This document shows, piece after piece, positions 32,223 through 45,007 of a DNA stretch of 64,000 bases. The notes under the pieces were generated by a model that saw only the letters and a list, made by a program, of their open reading frames with translations, did not search any database and had not been told where the DNA came from. Source of the DNA: Rebecca billardiae RCC1528 (lineage: Eukaryota > Protista > Haptophyta); contig OZ251227.1 in assembly GCA_965240325.2 (NCBI GenBank), positions 3,162,001 through 3,226,000 on the forward strand, written 5' to 3'. Made by a program: the position numbers and the translations under genes. The first letter of the stretch is position 1. Each line of letters opens with the position of its first letter.

Positions 32223-35200
32223 ATGCCCTCGCCGGAGGTGCTCCCCGAGGCATGGGCGACCGACGCGGATGGCTCCGAGCTCCGCGTCGTGCTCGACGAC
32301 ACGAAGGACCGCATGGCCGCGCTCGAGCACCAGATGCGCACCGCCAACCCGGCGCTGGCCGAGCAGGTGCGCATCGGGCCGGCGCGTGCGCGCGCGCGCG
32401 CGCGCGAGCCGCGCCGCGCGCGGGATGCGTGACCGCGAGTGGCCTGCTCGGCTCCCCACCCCACCCGCTCGCTCCGCTCCGCCCGCCCGCCGCGCAGTTC
32501 CTCCCGCCCGCGCCGGTCGACCCGCGGCTGACGCGCGCGGACGCAGCTCCGAGTGTGCCCGCGGCCATGCCGTTCCCCGAGCTCGCGGTGCGGCGCGAGC
32601 TCGAGGCGCGCGGCGCGCTGCGGCCGAGGCGGCGCGCGAGTGGGATGGCGAGCACGCTGCCCGAGCTCCTCGGCCAGCCGCTCCCCGCCGCGCCGGGCGG
32701 CGGCGTGCCGCACTCGCATCCGCCGCCCATGGCACCGCCGCCGCCCGCTGCCGACGCGGGCGGCGGCGAGCTGGGCGGCGCGGCGGCGGCGGCGGCCGCG
32801 GCGGCGGCGGCGGCGGCGGCGGCGGCCATGAGCGGCAACATCGGCGCGGCATGGCCCGCGCTCGCGCGCTCCGCCTCGGGCGCCTCCGCCGCCTCCGCCT
32901 CCGCCGCGGCCGCGGCCGCCGGCTGGGAGGCGGCGGCCATCCTTGAGAATGAGCGCAGCCGCGCGCGCGCCACGCCTTCGTCCGGCTCGGCGTGCGGGTA
33001 CGTGTACGGCGGGCGGGGGCAGCTGTCGTCCGCGGGGGCGGACTCGCTCGACAGCGCCGCCGCCGCCGCCGACCCCGGCGCGTCGGTCGCCGCGCAGCTC
33101 CACGCCGTCGGTGCCGAGCTGCGGCGGCGCCGCCGCGCCTTCTCGCTGGCGGCGGGCGCGCGCCATTCGGCCGCGCACGCGCCGCCGCCGCTGCCGCCGC
33201 GCGCGGCGGGCGGCGAGGGGCTGGGCGGGTACGGCGGGGCGTGGGCGGGCCGCTCGCGTGGCGGCTCCCTCGCGCCGGTGGGCACGGCGCCGCTCTCGCT
33301 CACGCGCGCGCGCACGCTGCCGTCCCTGGCTGCGCCGCCGTCGACCGCCGGCGCCGCGCTCACGCGCGCGCGTGCCGCGCACCCTTTGGAGGCGGCGCGG
33401 ATGGACGCGGCGCTGGCGGCGTCGTCGTCGGTGTTCCTCGCGGAGTTCAAGCGGGCGTCGCGGCTCGTCCCCGCCGCGATCCTCGTGCAGCGCCGCTTCC
33501 GCGCCTCTCGCCTTCCCAAGCGGCTGCACAACGCCCTCGCGCGCCGGCGGCGCGGCGTCGCGCTCGCCTTCCAACCGTGGGCCGTGCTCACCGCCGCGCG
33601 CCGGCACTCGCGGCGCGCGCAGTGCCGCCGCGCGCTGGGCGGGTGGCGCGCGGTGCTCGCGGAGGCGAACCTGGTGTACTCCGAGCTCGCGCGCTGCCTC
33701 CACGCCTCCGCCATCGGCGTCTCCGCCGGCTACGCCCGCTGGCGCGAGCTGCTCGAGGCGCGCGGTGCGGCGGTGCGGCGCGCGCGCTTAATGCTCGCAC
33801 CATCCGACCGCGACGACGGCCTGTCGGTGCTGCTGCCCGGGGGCGAGCTGTCGCTCGAGGCGATCCTGCGCGCGGCGCTGCTGCAGAACACGTTCGTCGC
33901 CGCGTGCCGCGCGTGGCGCCGCCTCGCCGCCGCCGGCCGCGGCCGCCGCGCGCTCGCCGCGGCTCGGCTGCACGCGGTGGCTCGCGATTATTACGGCGCG
34001 GCGCTCGCGCGCTGGCCGGCAGAGGTGGCAGCGCTCTGCTTCGTGATGTGGTCGCGGCACGCGCTCACGCGCGCGGCGGAGCGCGCGGGGCTGCCGCCGC
34101 CGCACTTCCGCCAGCCCGTGTGGCAGTGGGACCGGCTGCAGGCCGTGCGCGCGCAGCGCGCCGAGCAGGCCGACGCCGCGGCCGCGCGGCATGACCGTGC
34201 TTTTAAACGGCGCATGCTGCGGCGGTGGCGCGGCGTGCGCGCGGCGCGGCTGCAGCACGAGTCGACGGTGGCGCGGCTGCACGCGGTCTCGCTGCACACG
34301 GTGGCGCAGCCCGCGTTCGACGGCTGGGCGCGCGTCACGCGCGGCCGCCGCGCGCGCCGCGGCTTCCTCCGCGTCCTCATCCGCGCGTGGCGCGCGTGGA
34401 CGACACGAGTGCTGCGCGCCGTGGCCGCGGCCGACACGGCTTCGGGCGCGCGCAACGAAGCGCTGGTGCGCGCGGTGCTGCGCTCGCTGCGCTCGGCGAC
34501 GACGGAGGGGCGGCTGCTCTCGACCGCGGCGGCGGACGTGCTGCACAGCGAGCACACGCCCGCCGCCGCCGCCGCGCTCGCGCTCACCCGCGCCGCGCCG
34601 CCCCACCACGTCGTCTTCGAGCTGTGTTGGCGCGCGTGGTCGCGGCGCGCGCGCGGCGCGCTGCGCCTCCGCCGATTCAAGCTGTGGCATCATTCTGCGT
34701 ATGCGCGCGCGCTGCTCGACGCGGTGGTGGCGTCGTGGCACGTGGTGTGCTACATCGACTTCGCGCTGGCGGACGGCGACGCGAACGCCGCGTTCGGCGA
34801 GGGCGCCGCAGACCGCTTCGGCAGGGACGACGAGGTGACGGCGCGCATGCTCGAATACATAGCGCGCCAAACTACCCGGTTGTTACCCGCGCCGGTCGCG
34901 GCGCGGCGCGACGCGGCCGTGCGCGCGCTCCGCGCCGCGGCGGCGCCGGACGAGGCGCTGGACGCGTGGCGCGCGGTGCAGCCGACGGCGGCGGGCGGCG
35001 TCGCGCGCGTCGCCGTCCCCTCGCACATGGGCGCCACGCTCGCGCCCACGCCGCCCGAAGCCGAGGCCTACATCCGCGACGCGCGCGCGCGCGCGCGTCG
35101 GCGCTATCGCGCGGAAGCCGCTTACGCGGCCGCGCTCGCCGCGGCCGGCTCGGGCGAGGTGGCGCTGTCGCACGCGCCCGGCGGCGGTGCGGGCGCGCCC

Positions 35201-35947
35201 GCGGGGTCGGAGCCGCGCGACCGCGACCTCTTCGACGGCCTCGGCCTCTCGCCCGACGGCCCCGACGCCGCGCCCGCCGACGTGCGCACACGCTCGCTGC
35301 ACGAGCGCCTTCGGCTGCGCGCGCACGAGCAGACGCGACCGACGAGCCGTCGCGCGCACGTGCAGCTGCTGGCGCGCGTGGTGCAGCTGACGCGCGCGCG
35401 GCCGTACGACACGGGCGCGGGCGGGCTCGCGGCGGCGGTGCGCCCCGCGCCGCCCATGCTCGAGCGCGCCAAGCGCCTGGCCCTCGTCGAGCGCCACGGC
35501 GGGCTGACCAGCGCGGCGGCGGCGCGTGCCGCGCGCGGCTGGCGGCTGTTGCATCGGTTCGGGCTGCAGCGGTTCGACCCCGAATTCGAGCGGAAGCTGC
35601 GGCAGCTGGCGGAGTCGCAGGCGCACGACATCGCGCGGATGCGCGCGGGGCGGCTCGCGCTGCGCGAGCGCCACCGCGTCCTCGACCTCCGCCGCGTCGA
35701 GCTCGAGTGCGTAAGCGCACTCGCCCGCGCCGTGCCGGCGTTCGCTCGACCGGCGCGGCGCGGCTCCGGCGCGGGCGCGCTCCCGCCGCCGACGACGACG
35801 GCAGGGGGCGGGAAGGCGCGGGCGCGGCGCGCGCGCACGCCCGCGCGCGCGAGCCCGAGCTCGCGACGACGCGCGCGCACCGCCGCGGACGGCGGCGCGC
35901 GGCGCGGCGGCGGCGGCGCGCGCGGCGGCGGCGGCGGCGCGGCCGGC

Positions 35948-35978
<31 letters not shown>

Positions 35979-38900
35979 CCGCCGCCGCCGGCTCGGATGC
36001 GGAGGCGGGCACGGGCTCGGACTCCGACGAGGAGCGTCGGCTGCTGCTGCTGCAGGACTCGTCCGCGTCCGACTCGGACGACGGCCGCGGCGCGCGCCGC
36101 GCCGACGCCCTCCTGCTCGGCGGAACCCTCGACGGGCTCGGCCCGGGCGGGCGGCCGCAGTCGCGCGAGGCGCTGCGCGCGGCGCGGCGCGCGCACACGG
36201 CCGAGGCCGCGGCCGCGCGGCGCGCAGTGGACGAGGAGCTGCGCGGCGAGGGCCCGCTGAGCGCGGCGGGCGCGGCGGTGGGCGCGGAGGCGCGGCTGCG
36301 CCTCGGCGGCATGCGCCCCGCCGCCGTCGGCGTCACCACCGAGCGCCTGCCGCACGACGGACCGAAAGCGCTTCGCACGCTACGGCACGGCATGGGCGCG
36401 CGCGCGAGCGACGCGCGCGCGCGCGACCGGCTGCGCGCGCTCACCGCGGTGGTGGTGCACGCGCCGCTGATCACCGCGACGCTGCTGTGGCGCGTGGGCC
36501 GCGCGCACGCCGCCGCGGCCAAGGCGCGCGCCGCCGCGCGCGGCGAGGCCGCCGCCGACGACGCCGAAGCCTACGAGCTTGAGGGAGGGACCCCGCGAGA
36601 CGACAGACACAGGGCGCCGCCGGCGCCGGGCGGGCTGCTGGCGCCCGCGGCGCTGCTGTCGGCGGCGCAGCAGCACGGGCTCGAGCCGATCGCGGCGCTG
36701 CGCGCGCTCGCCGACGCGGCGCGCGCCGACGCGGCCGAGGCCGACGCCGACGCCTCCGACGCGCCCACGCCCGCCGAGTCGGCGGCGGCCGATCTCGCGG
36801 CCGCGAGATCGCGCGCGCTCGAGCTCGAGGTTGAGAATGTTCTCAAGGCGTGCCTCGCCGCGCTGGAGAAGGGCGGGATGGCGGACGCGGAGGCGGCGCG
36901 CGCGGCGCTGCGCGAGGCGGAGCTGCTCGGCCGCGCCGCCGCCGACGAGGTCGCCGCCGTCGCCGCGGCGAAGGACGCGAGGGCGCGCGAGGCCGCGGCG
37001 GCGCGAGATGCTAAGGCCAAGGTGGCCTCGGCCGCGCGCGCGCAAATGACGGACGCCGACGCGGCGGAGGAGACGGCGGAGGCGGCGGTGCGCGCGGCGG
37101 ACGCGCGGCTCGACGTGCCCGCGGCGCGCGCGCACCTCTCCGCCGCCGTCGCGCAGTCCTCCGCCGCGCTCGGCGAGAAGGCCGGCGCGCTCGTCGGCGC
37201 ATGGGCCGCTAAGACCGATTCGCTGCTTGGCGCGATTGCGCCGGGCGACGGCGGCGGCGGCGGCGGCGGCGGCGCGGCGCCCGCGGCGGCGGGCGCGGAG
37301 AGCGCGGAGGGCGAGGACCGGCGCGGCGCGCGGCGCGCGCGGTTCGCGCTGCCCGACGCGCCGCCCGCCGCCGACGCGCCCGCCGCCGACGAGCTCGACG
37401 AGGACGAGCAGCGTGAGGCGCGGCTGGCGGCGGTCGGAGTAACTTCTCGGCTTGGTCCGGATGAGCAGCCGTCCGACGCGGGGCTTGGCGGTCTGGTGCG
37501 CATCCTGCCGTGGTGGGCGCAGGGCGACGTGCCGACGGAGGCGGTGCCGGCGACGTGGCTGCAGCGCGCCGCGACCGGCGCGCCCGCCTCCGCCGACGCC
37601 GCGCCCGACTCCGCCGTCTCCGCGCGCGTCGAGGCCGATCCCTATCATTCGCTCCCGGAGGCGGAGCGGGCGGGCGTGCTTCAATCGCTCTACGCGCTCG
37701 CCGCGCAGGCGAACGAGGACCAGGTGGGCGGGAGCGAGGCGAAGGAGTTCGCCGTGGAGATCGGCACGGCGGCGCTCGAGGGGCGCCGGCGCAAGAACGT
37801 CTTCGACGCCGCCGAGCTCGAGGCCGGCGGCTGGGACCCGTATGCGAAGCGACGAAACAATGATGGCGACGGCGCGCCCGCGGTCGCGATGCAGAGCGCC
37901 GCGGACGAGGCGGCGGCCGCGGCGGCGAGCGCGTCGGAGGCGGCGCGGAGCGTGGCGGCGGCGCACTCGGCGGACGCGGAGGACGCGCCCGCCGCGCCGC
38001 CGCCCGCCGAGGCGCCCGCCGCCGCCCCCGCCGCCCCGCCCGAGGCCGACGGCGGCGCGGGCGCGGCGGCGGCGGCCGCACCCGGCGCCGACAGCGCCGA
38101 CGCCGACGCCGACGCGGCCGCGCCCGCGCCCGCGCCCGCGCCGCCGCCGCTGCTCGCTCGGAACTCGGAGATCCTCGCGATCGAGGCGGCGCTCGAGGAC
38201 GCGATCGACTATGAGGCCTTCTTCGCGCGCTCCGCCGCGGGCACGCTCATCGAGGACATCCGGCGCGAGGCCGCGGCTTCTTCAAAGGTTCTCACTCGGG
38301 AGGAGCGTAAGCGCAAGTCCAAGCGCACCGTGCTCGAGCGCGAGGCCGCGGCGCGGCGCGAGGCGATGGAGCGCGAGCGGCAGGAGAAGCTGGCCGAGGC
38401 GGAGGCGGAGGCGCTGCAGCGCGAGGGCGTCAAGCGCCTCGGCGGCGCCGCCGAGCTCGACCTGGACGATGCGATGGTGAGCGCCGCCGACGACGCCGCC
38501 GCCGCCTTGGCCGAGGCCGCCGCCGCCGCGCAGCCCAGGAAGCCGGCCATTGTGGACCGCAAGGCGGCCGCGCGCCAGTCGATGCTCGAGCTGAGCAAGG
38601 CGGTCCCGGCTGGCTTGGCGCCCGCGACGGACGAGGCGGCGCCCGCGTCCGCCGACGCCGCCGAGCCGGACGCCGAGCCGGACGCCGAGCCACTAGCCGA
38701 CTTGGACGGCACCGCGCAAGGCAAGCTGAGCGTGTTGGATCGGCTGCTGGCGGCGAAGCGCGGCTCTCGCGAGCAGGACGGGTCGGAGTCGCCGCGGTCC
38801 GGCCGGCGCGGCGGCGGTGGTGGCGGTGGCGTCGACGCGTCGGGCTCGCGCGACTCGCTCGGGCCGGAGGACGGCGCCGAGCTGGGCGGCGGCGCGGACG

Positions 38901-40199
38901 CGGACGCGGACGCGCCGACTGGCTGGTCATCCGGCGGCGCTTCTCTCGACGCCGCGCTCAGCTTACGCTCGTCAACGGGCAGTGCGCGCTCGCCGACGGC
39001 GGGGGCGCGCAGCTCGAGCACGCGGATCTCCGGCGCGGGCCAGCCGCCGCCGCCCTCCGCGCGCACCTCCGCCGCGGCGATGGCCGACGACGCGGCGCCG
39101 GTCGTGCCGGTCGGCGACAGCCGGCTCGACGGCGTCGCGATCCGATCATACGACGACGCGCAATATGACAACGAGCAGAATTTGGCCAAACTGCGCGCGG
39201 CGGGTCTCGCGGTGCGCACGGGCGCGGCGACGCGCGGCGCGACGCCGATCGCCGCGCCCAAGCTGCCGCCCGAGCGCCCGCCCTTCGGCCGCCGCTCCAC
39301 CGGCTCGCTCGTGCCCGGCTCGCCCGACGGTCTCGAGGGCCCGACCGGGTTTGGCCCTGGCGGCGGCGCGCGCGCGCTACAGCGGCAGCCCTCCGGCCCG
39401 TCGCTGCTTGCGGCGGGCGTGAAGCTGCGCGGCGCGGAGATGCCTGGGTCGGGCGCGACGCGCGCGAGCATCGGCGGCCTCGGCGGCGGCGGGCGGCCCT
39501 CCGGCTCGCTCCTCGACGCGCCGCTCATCGAGGCGGGCGACGAGGAGGACGAGGAGGCGGACTGGCGCGCCAACGCGGACGCGAGCCGCGCCGCGACGCG
39601 CGGCGACGCGTCGCGCGCGCTCGTCGCCTCGCTGGTGGAGCGGCCGCAGAAGCGCTCGGCGGCGGTGTCGGCGCTGATCGCGTCGGTGCAGGCGGGCACG
39701 GCGCGCCGCTCGCGCAAGGACGCGCTGCTCGCCGAGTCCGAGCGGATGGACGGCCAGGCGAGCGCGGCCGACGGAGGCGTGGCGGTGCAACGGCCGGGTC
39801 AGCTTCTCGGCGCGCCGAGCGGCGGCGCACTCCGCGTCCGGAGCCCGCCCGGCGGCGGCGGCGGCGGCGAGCGGCCGGCCGAGCCGCCCTCGCCGTCGCG
39901 GGCGGGGCAGGACACGCGCTCGCTCGACGACCGCATCCGCGCCGCGGCGGGCGAGGACTCTTCGGACGACGACGGCGGCCCGAAGCGCGCGCGTTCGCGT
40001 CTGGGCGATGTGGCGAGTGCGGCAGTTGGGGTCGTTCGCACGTCGAGCCGGCGGACGGGCGCGGTGGCGGTGTCGTCCGCGAGCGGCGCGGCGGCGGCGG
40101 CGGCGGCGGCCATCTCGGACGCCTCGCCGCCCTCCTCCTTCTCGCGCAAGCCGGCGGAGCCGACCTCGCCGCCCAGAGCGCCCTCCTCGCGCAAGACGC

Positions 40200-40255
<56 letters not shown>

Positions 40256-43200
40256 TCGGCGAGGCGGCGTGGCGGTGGTACGGGGAGCGCCGGGGCGTCC
40301 AGCGCGGCGTCGCGGCGCGAGAAGGCGGCCGAGGCGGCGGCGAAGCTCGTGGGCGGCGCCGCACCGCCGACGGGCGGCCGTCCCTCCACCGGGCCGGCGG
40401 CCGGCTCGGGCGGCGGCGGCGGCGGCGGCGGCGGCGGCTCTACCCGCGAGCGCTCGGGATCGCAAGGGTCGGCCAAGTCGGCTCGGTCGGCCAAGTCGGC
40501 GGGGGGCAAGGCGTCGGCGCGCGAGCGCTCGGGCTCGGGCGGCTCCGCCGGCGCCGTCGGCCTCACCGACCCCGCGCGCAGCGGCGCCGACTCACGCTCC
40601 TCCTCCATCACGTCAGACCTCCGAGGCGGGTCGATGGGTCCAAGCGGCGCTGGGCGCAAAAGACGGTCCGGCGACAGCCGGAAGTCCGGGGAGCTGTCGA
40701 AGCGCAACTCGTTCTCGCAGCGCTCCGCCGCGGCGTCCGAGTCGTCCGACGACGCCGAGGGCGGCGAGGACGGCTCCGGCCGCCGCCTCTCGCGCACGCC
40801 GTCGTCGCTCGCGCGCCGAACAAGTCGAAGCTCGCGCGCCCGCGCGCCGAGCAGGCGCGAGTCGGGCGCTTCGCGCACGTCGCGCCCCGGCTCGGCCGCG
40901 TCGCAGCGGGGCGCGGCGCAGCGCAAGTCGTCGAACCAGTCGTCCGCCGAGTCGTTCAGCTCGCGCACGAGCAACCGCGGCCGCGGCGGCCGGCTCGGCG
41001 CCGCCGTCCTCGCCACCCTCGGCTCCTCCGCCGCCGGGCGGCTGACCGACGCGCAACTTGCCGACCTCGCGGCCGGCTGGCTCGAGCTGCCCGTGGCGCC
41101 CAACGGCTGCTGCGGCCCGCTGCCGGTGTACGCGCCGGACGGCTCGTTCGAGCCCGCCACCGTCGAGTCGGTCTACGAGTCGCAGGACCCGAGCGCCGCC
41201 GCCGCGGCGCGCGGCGGCGCGCGGCGGCACCGCGGCGTGATCATGCGCGAAGGCCCGCCGGCACCCAAACGAAGGCTGTCGCTGGCCTCGGAGATGGAGG
41301 AGAAGCGCGTGGAGCGCGAGAAGCAGAAGGCGCGCGAGGACGAGCGGCTCCGGATGCTGCGCGAGGGGCTCGCGCCGCCCTCCGCCGCGGGCGCGCCCGC
41401 CGACGCCGCGCCCGCCGACGACGACGCCGACGGCGGCGGCGACGACGACGGCGCCAAGCGCGGCGTCGGCTGGTCGTCCACTGTGTCCGTGCTTCGGGAC
41501 AAAGTCACGGCCTCGCGCTCGGGCGGGCAGAAGGTGGAGTCGCAGAAGCTCACCGCGCCCGCGGAGCGCTCGGTGCTCGCGATCCTGCGCCAGCTCGACG
41601 AGGACGAGCGCGACGCCGACGACGCGCTCACCTCCGCTTTCGGAGCGGCGGTCGAGCCGGAGAAGCGCGCGACGACGCCCAACCGACCGATCGGAGCGGG
41701 CGACGCGGCGCCGGCGACGTCGTCGTCGCGCCGCTTCGCCGGGCGGCTCTCGCGCTTCTCGTTCGACCCGCGCGACGCGGCGCGGCGCGCGCCGCCCAAG
41801 CCGCCCACCGCCTTCTGCAACGCCGCGCGCGCGCACGACGAGCAGGTGCGCTGGAAGCAGCAGCGGCGCGCGGCGCGCGTCGAGGCCGCTGCGACTGAGC
41901 GCGACGCGCGGCTCACGGCCGCGGCGCACGCTTCGCTCGAGGCGCAGCTGCAGCGCGAGTCGCGCGTGGACGTGCGCGCGCTGATCGCGGAGCAGGGCGG
42001 CGCGTTCGCCGCCACGCCGCAGACGCGCGCCACGCGCGACGGCTCCGCGCTCGCGCAGAGCTCGCTGCCGCTCGGCTCGCCGCCGCTGCCGCCGCGCGCC
42101 GCGCGCACCGCGCCCGCGGCGGGCGGCGCGCGCGCGTCCGCCTCCGCCGTCTCCTTCGAGCCGTCGGACGGCGGCGGGCGCTCGCCGTTCGTCACCGAGC
42201 GCGTGCCGCCGGAGGACGACTCGTTCCTCGCCGGCGCCTCCGCCGACGGCAGCGGGCTGCGCGCCGAGTGGTCGGCCGAGGGCTCGGCGGCGGCCGAGGG
42301 CTCGGCGGCGGCCGGCGGCGGCAGCGGCGGCGGCGGCGGATTCGGCGGATTCGGCTGCGGGTGCGGCGGCGGCGCGGCCGCCGAGCTCTCGCAGTTCGAC
42401 TCGCCTGGCGGCTCGGCGGCGCCGTCCGCGCAGGGCTCGGCCGTGCTCGAGCAGCGCGCGGCCGAGCCCCCCGGAGCCGCCGCCGCGCCCGCCGTCGACG
42501 CCCTTCTTGGCTCTGTGGAGTCGCCCCGCTCACGCGCAGCCGCCGCGGCCGCGGCGGCGGCGGCCGCCGCCGCCGCGGCCGCCGCCGTCGCCGCCACTGC
42601 CGGTGGCGCAGCCGGAGCCGCGAGCGCGCCCGCCGCCGCCGCCGCGTCGGCCACCGTCTCGGCCGAGTCCTCGCTCGTCTCGGCCGCGTCGGCGGGCGGC
42701 GGGGTGGCGGCCGCGCCCGACGAGGTCGCACCATCCTCGCGGTCGACGCGCGCCGCGCGCAACCGCGCGCGCGCCGCGCGCGCCTCGCCGCCGCCTCGGC
42801 GCTCGGCCTCGCCCTCGCACGTGACGGCGTCCCCGCCGCGCAGCCGCGGCGGCGCGGGCGTCTCCCGATCGTCGTCGTTCGGCGGCGGCGGCGGCCTCGA
42901 CGGCGCGCAGCCGAGCGAGCTGTCCTCCTCCGACCTCGCGCTCGGACCTGACCACAACTGGTCGGAACTCGCAGACGACTCGGAGGCCGTGGCGCGCGCG
43001 CGCGCCGCGCTCGGCAGGCCCGCGTGCGCGGCGGCGGCGCGGGCCGACGGCGGCGCGCGCGGCGCGACGGCGAGCGCCGGGCTCGCCGCCGTGTCCGGCC
43101 GGCCGGTGGGCGCGCGCGCGCAGACCGCCGCGGAGGTCTACGCCGCGCGGCGCGCGCGCGCGCCGCTCGTTCCGTTCAGCAACGCGCGAGAGCCGCCGCC

Positions 43201-44965
43201 TGCGCTCGCCGCTGCGGCGGTGCAGCAGGCGCTCGGCGCGGCGGGCGCCGCGCCCGAGGTCGCGGACGGCTCGGCACGGGTCGGGATGCTCGGCTCGCTC
43301 GCGTACGGGCCGACGCCGCTCACGGCGCGCGCGGCGCAGCGCGCGCGCGAGCGGCACGAGAGCGGCGTGGCCCAACACGAGTCCTCGGCCGCGCACGCGT
43401 CGCTAGCCCTCGGGCCGGCGCCGGGGCAGACGCTGGCCTCCGACCGCGCCGACGGCGGCGCGGTGGCGGCGGGCGGTGGCAGCCCGGCGCGGTGGCGGCC
43501 AGGCGCGAGCGCCGCCGCGCGCAACCCGCACACCCGCGCCGCGACCGCGGCGCGCGCAGCGGCGGAGCAGGCGTCGATGGATGACGAGGGTGCGGCGGCG
43601 CCGCGCGAGGCCGCGGCGCGCGCCGCGCCGCCGCACGCCGGCGCCGACGCCTCCGGAGTGCTCGGCGCGAGCGTCGAGCCGGGCGCGCCGCCGGCGCTCG
43701 CGCTGCCAGCCACGTCGGCCGCGGCGGACGCGGACGCCGCCGCGCTCGAGGCGCGCGGCGCGCATCTCCCGCTCGGCGCGCGCCCGTCGCCGCGGCAGCG
43801 CGAGGCGCGCGACGTCGCGCGCGCCGAGCAGACACGCGAATTCGCCTCGGTCGCGCCGCGGCACGACGAGCCGCCGCTCCAGGCCCTGCGCGCGCTCGCG
43901 GGCCTGCTCGGCACGCCGGAGGCGCCGCCGCCGCCGCCGCCCAAGACGGGCGCGTCCGCGGCCAAGCGCGCCGCCGCGCGCCGCTCGCCGCCGCGACGCG
44001 CGTCGACGGGTGCGGCGCGGCGCGGCGCGTCGGCGTCGCCGCCGCCCGCCGCGCGCGCCGACGCGCCGGAGGGCGCTCTGGCAGATCTTGCCCTCGGCGC
44101 CCTCGGCGCCGACGCGGCGCCCGCCTCCGCCTCGCCCGCCGCCGAGGGCGACGCGACGGCGCTCCTCGCACGGCTGTCAGACGCCGAGCTCGCCGCCGAT
44201 GGCGCGGAGTCCGCCGCGGAGCCCGAGGCGCTCGCAGGCCGTCTGCTGGCGGACTCAGTACGACAAGAGGGCGCGGAGGCGGCGGAGGCGGTGCGCGCTC
44301 GAGAGGTGCGCGTGGCCGAGGCGAAGGCTCGCAAGGCCGCACTCGCCGCGGAGGCGGAGGAGGCCGCGCGGCGCGAGGAGGAGGCGGAGGCGGCCGCCGC
44401 GCGCGAGGCCGGCGGCTTCGACGGCGACGGCGGCGACGGCGGCGACGACGACGGCGGCGCGACTGCCGGCGGGAGCGATGAGGGTCGCGGCGGCGGCGGC
44501 GCGGGCGGCGGCGGCGCGGGCGGCGCGCCGCCGGCAGCGGACGGCGGCGCCGACGACGGCGCGCCCGCGCCCGCGCCCGCGCACGCCGACGGCGCGCCCG
44601 CTGGCGCCGAGGGCGCGCGGCCGGCGCCGGCGCGGCGGCCCGAGGCGCGCGTGTCTCGCGCCGTCGTCGGCGGCCTCGCCGACGCCTTCGGCGACAGTGT
44701 CGAGGGTGCCTTTGCGGAGGCGCGGCGCGCGCTCAGAGCTTCGGTGGCGGAGGCGGAGCGCGCGGCGACGGCCGATGCGGCCGAGCGCGCGCGCCGCGCG
44801 CCCCGCGCCGGCGGCGCGCCGCACGACGCGCCTCGCGCCACGACTGCGGCGCCGACCGCGCACACCGCGCGCACGCCACCGTGGGATCAGCACAACGTGG
44901 GCCCAGGCACGGCGGGCGCCCTTGCCGCGCTGCGAGCGCACGCGGAGTCAAGCCTGGCGCCGCCC

Positions 44966-45007
<42 letters not shown>
